Virus record (IMG/VR): IMGVR_UViG_3300037993_000105
Location: 1-55,474 of that record
Direction: 5' to 3' (one strand)
DNA length: 55,474 nucleotides
DNA from: a virus
Taxonomy: Duplodnaviria; Caudoviricetes
The notes beneath the pieces were generated by a model. It was given only the letters and a program-made list of their open reading frames with translations, ran no database searches and had not been told where the DNA came from. Below, piece by piece: positions 54,153 to 55,474 of the stretch. Made by a program: the position numbers and the translations under genes. Each line of letters begins with the position of its first letter. Position 1 is the stretch's first letter.

Positions 54153-54383
54153 TTGACGAAGAAAAAAGATAAGTTCCGTGACGGCAACTGTCCCGACTGC
54201 GAACAGCCTGTCGGTGCGTCTGGTGTAGACGGCGGATCCTGCGCCCGAAGCTTGTGCCGCGACTGTGTACCCGACTTGCCCCGCACGTCTGTGCCAAGAA
54301 CGGGCCCTGCAACGGATGGCCTAGTCAGATCATTCGGGCGAAAGGAAACCCATTCAAATGAGTTCATACGGAAAAGACCCTGA
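54153..54383 (+). CDS. Small Cys-rich hypothetical protein
   Basis: AAGGAG SD, TTG start; CxxC pairs. Confidence 0.45.
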   Translation: MTKKKDKFRDGNCPDCEQPVGASGVDGGSCARSLCRDCVPDLPRTSVPRTGPATDGLVRSFGRKETHSNEFIRKRP

Positions 54384-54663
54384 CGGCCCCTGCATTTGTC
54401 CATCCCCTAATTGCCTCGTGAAGCGGCATGTGCCCCTCGTGCCTGAAGTCTACAAAATCAAAGAGGTCACGCTAGGGGTCTACCATCAGAACCCCGAAAT
54501 GCCGAGTGTAACTTTTACACACGAGGAGGTCGTTGTCCTGCGATATATCCTTCAGAACGCCCGCGGTGCCAACTGGCCGCTCGCATGGGACGGACCTCTG
54601 GTCAAGCGCGTCATAGAGAAAATCGGCCCTACGGGGCTGAACAGCACGGTGGAGGAACTATGA
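54358..54663 (+). CDS. Hypothetical protein
   Basis: AAAGGA SD; ATGA overlap downstream. Confidence 0.55.
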   Translation: MSSYGKDPDGPCICPSPNCLVKRHVPLVPEVYKIKEVTLGVYHQNPEMPSVTFTHEEVVVLRYILQNARGANWPLAWDGPLVKRVIEKIGPTGLNSTVEEL

Positions 54664-54818
54664 AAAGACTGACAGCAGAGGTTCTGAGACGACGTAAGAT
54701 GTGGGAGCGACTCTACTCACCTGAATATATTCGTCGTTTTTTCACGTTATTCGACGGCGAACTCGAAGCGCTGTTAGAAGACGTTGTGAAGCGCAACACT
54801 CAACCAACGGACACGTAG
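54660..54818 (+). CDS. Hypothetical protein (MKRLTAE...)
   Basis: GGAGGA SD; last gene of the rightward arm. Confidence 0.55.
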   Translation: MKRLTAEVLRRRKMWERLYSPEYIRRFFTLFDGELEALLEDVVKRNTQPTDT

Positions 54819-54819
54819 T

Positions 54820-55426
54820 AACCAGATCATCAATACCCTCCGGCGGGCTCTCCCCGGCCCGCACCCCCCTTCCTTCTGGCTGACCCCATATAAAACATAT
54901 ATACTATAAATACCACCCTTTCTATGTCCGACCCCCCTTTTTGTAGAAAAATGCGGCATAAAAACGCCAGACACCCCTACCACCCTTTCAAGGAGTCTCT
55001 TTTTGATACAAGAACTGTCTCCATGCAGATATATCAAGATGAGACACGCACACCTGATATGCTTGACTATATGATGGTTACCCTGTATATAGTAACCTCA
55101 TGGGGTAACATGGCAGGGGGTGCAGGGGGTGGGGGAGGTAGGGGAGGTACGGGGTGACATAAGTGCCATCAGGACCGTCAGCCGGGCCACGCCGCAGGCG
55201 GGCGAAGGAACCGGGCGGACTCCCCACGGGGTGCCGTCGACCCTAAGTACTGACCCCCTTATTGCCTTTACTATCAGCGAGTTGCGAGCCTGTCGACCCC
55301 TGTCCGCGGCAGTGCCATAATGCAGTCAGGCCCTTTGTTTGCAACAATGTACCACGATCTTCCCAAAGCTAGCCTAAATCTAGTGCAAGCAAAGGACTTA
55401 GCGCATGGTAACAGAACGTTATATCG
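54820..55426. other. Non-coding convergence region with C-tracts, AT-rich patch and G-tracts (possible genome terminus/packaging region)
   Basis: No credible ORF; GGGGG runs at 55116..55154; CCCC runs at 54851..54937. Confidence 0.45.
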
Positions 55427-55474
55427 TTACTTGTCCCACCGCGAGGTCATCTCCGTTTGGCACAGGACGTGCCT

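Overview
The window looks like an essentially complete ~55.5 kb tailed dsDNA phage genome with a podovirus-like (P22/N4-like) virion module. No integrase or repressor was recognised. It has two divergent arms: a leftward late arm (~42640 to 1: sigma-like factor, three glycosyltransferases, accessory enzymes, TerL, portal, scaffold, major capsid, decoration, adaptor and tail proteins, ejection proteins, lysis, nucleotide enzymes) and a rightward early/replication arm (SSB-like, Prim-Pol/helicase, family A DNA polymerase, tmRNA, many small ORFs). The main finding is the major capsid gene (27408..29349, minus), which reconstructs to 343 aa only if three insertions are removed. These are a 650-nt group I intron with a LAGLIDADG ORF that appears to end in A instead of G, a 198-nt ORF-less group I intron, and between them a 62-nt mini-intron. 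The mini-intron keeps P1 (U.G splice site), P10, a 3' hairpin and a terminal G but has no catalytic core, so it may be spliced by a neighbouring ribozyme. The second highlight is a circularly permuted (two-piece) tmRNA with a non-canonical tag, whose acceptor half is overlapped by an HNH endonuclease ORF and preceded by an unidentified ~137-nt structured RNA. All calls come from reading motifs by eye; no searches or folding programs were run.
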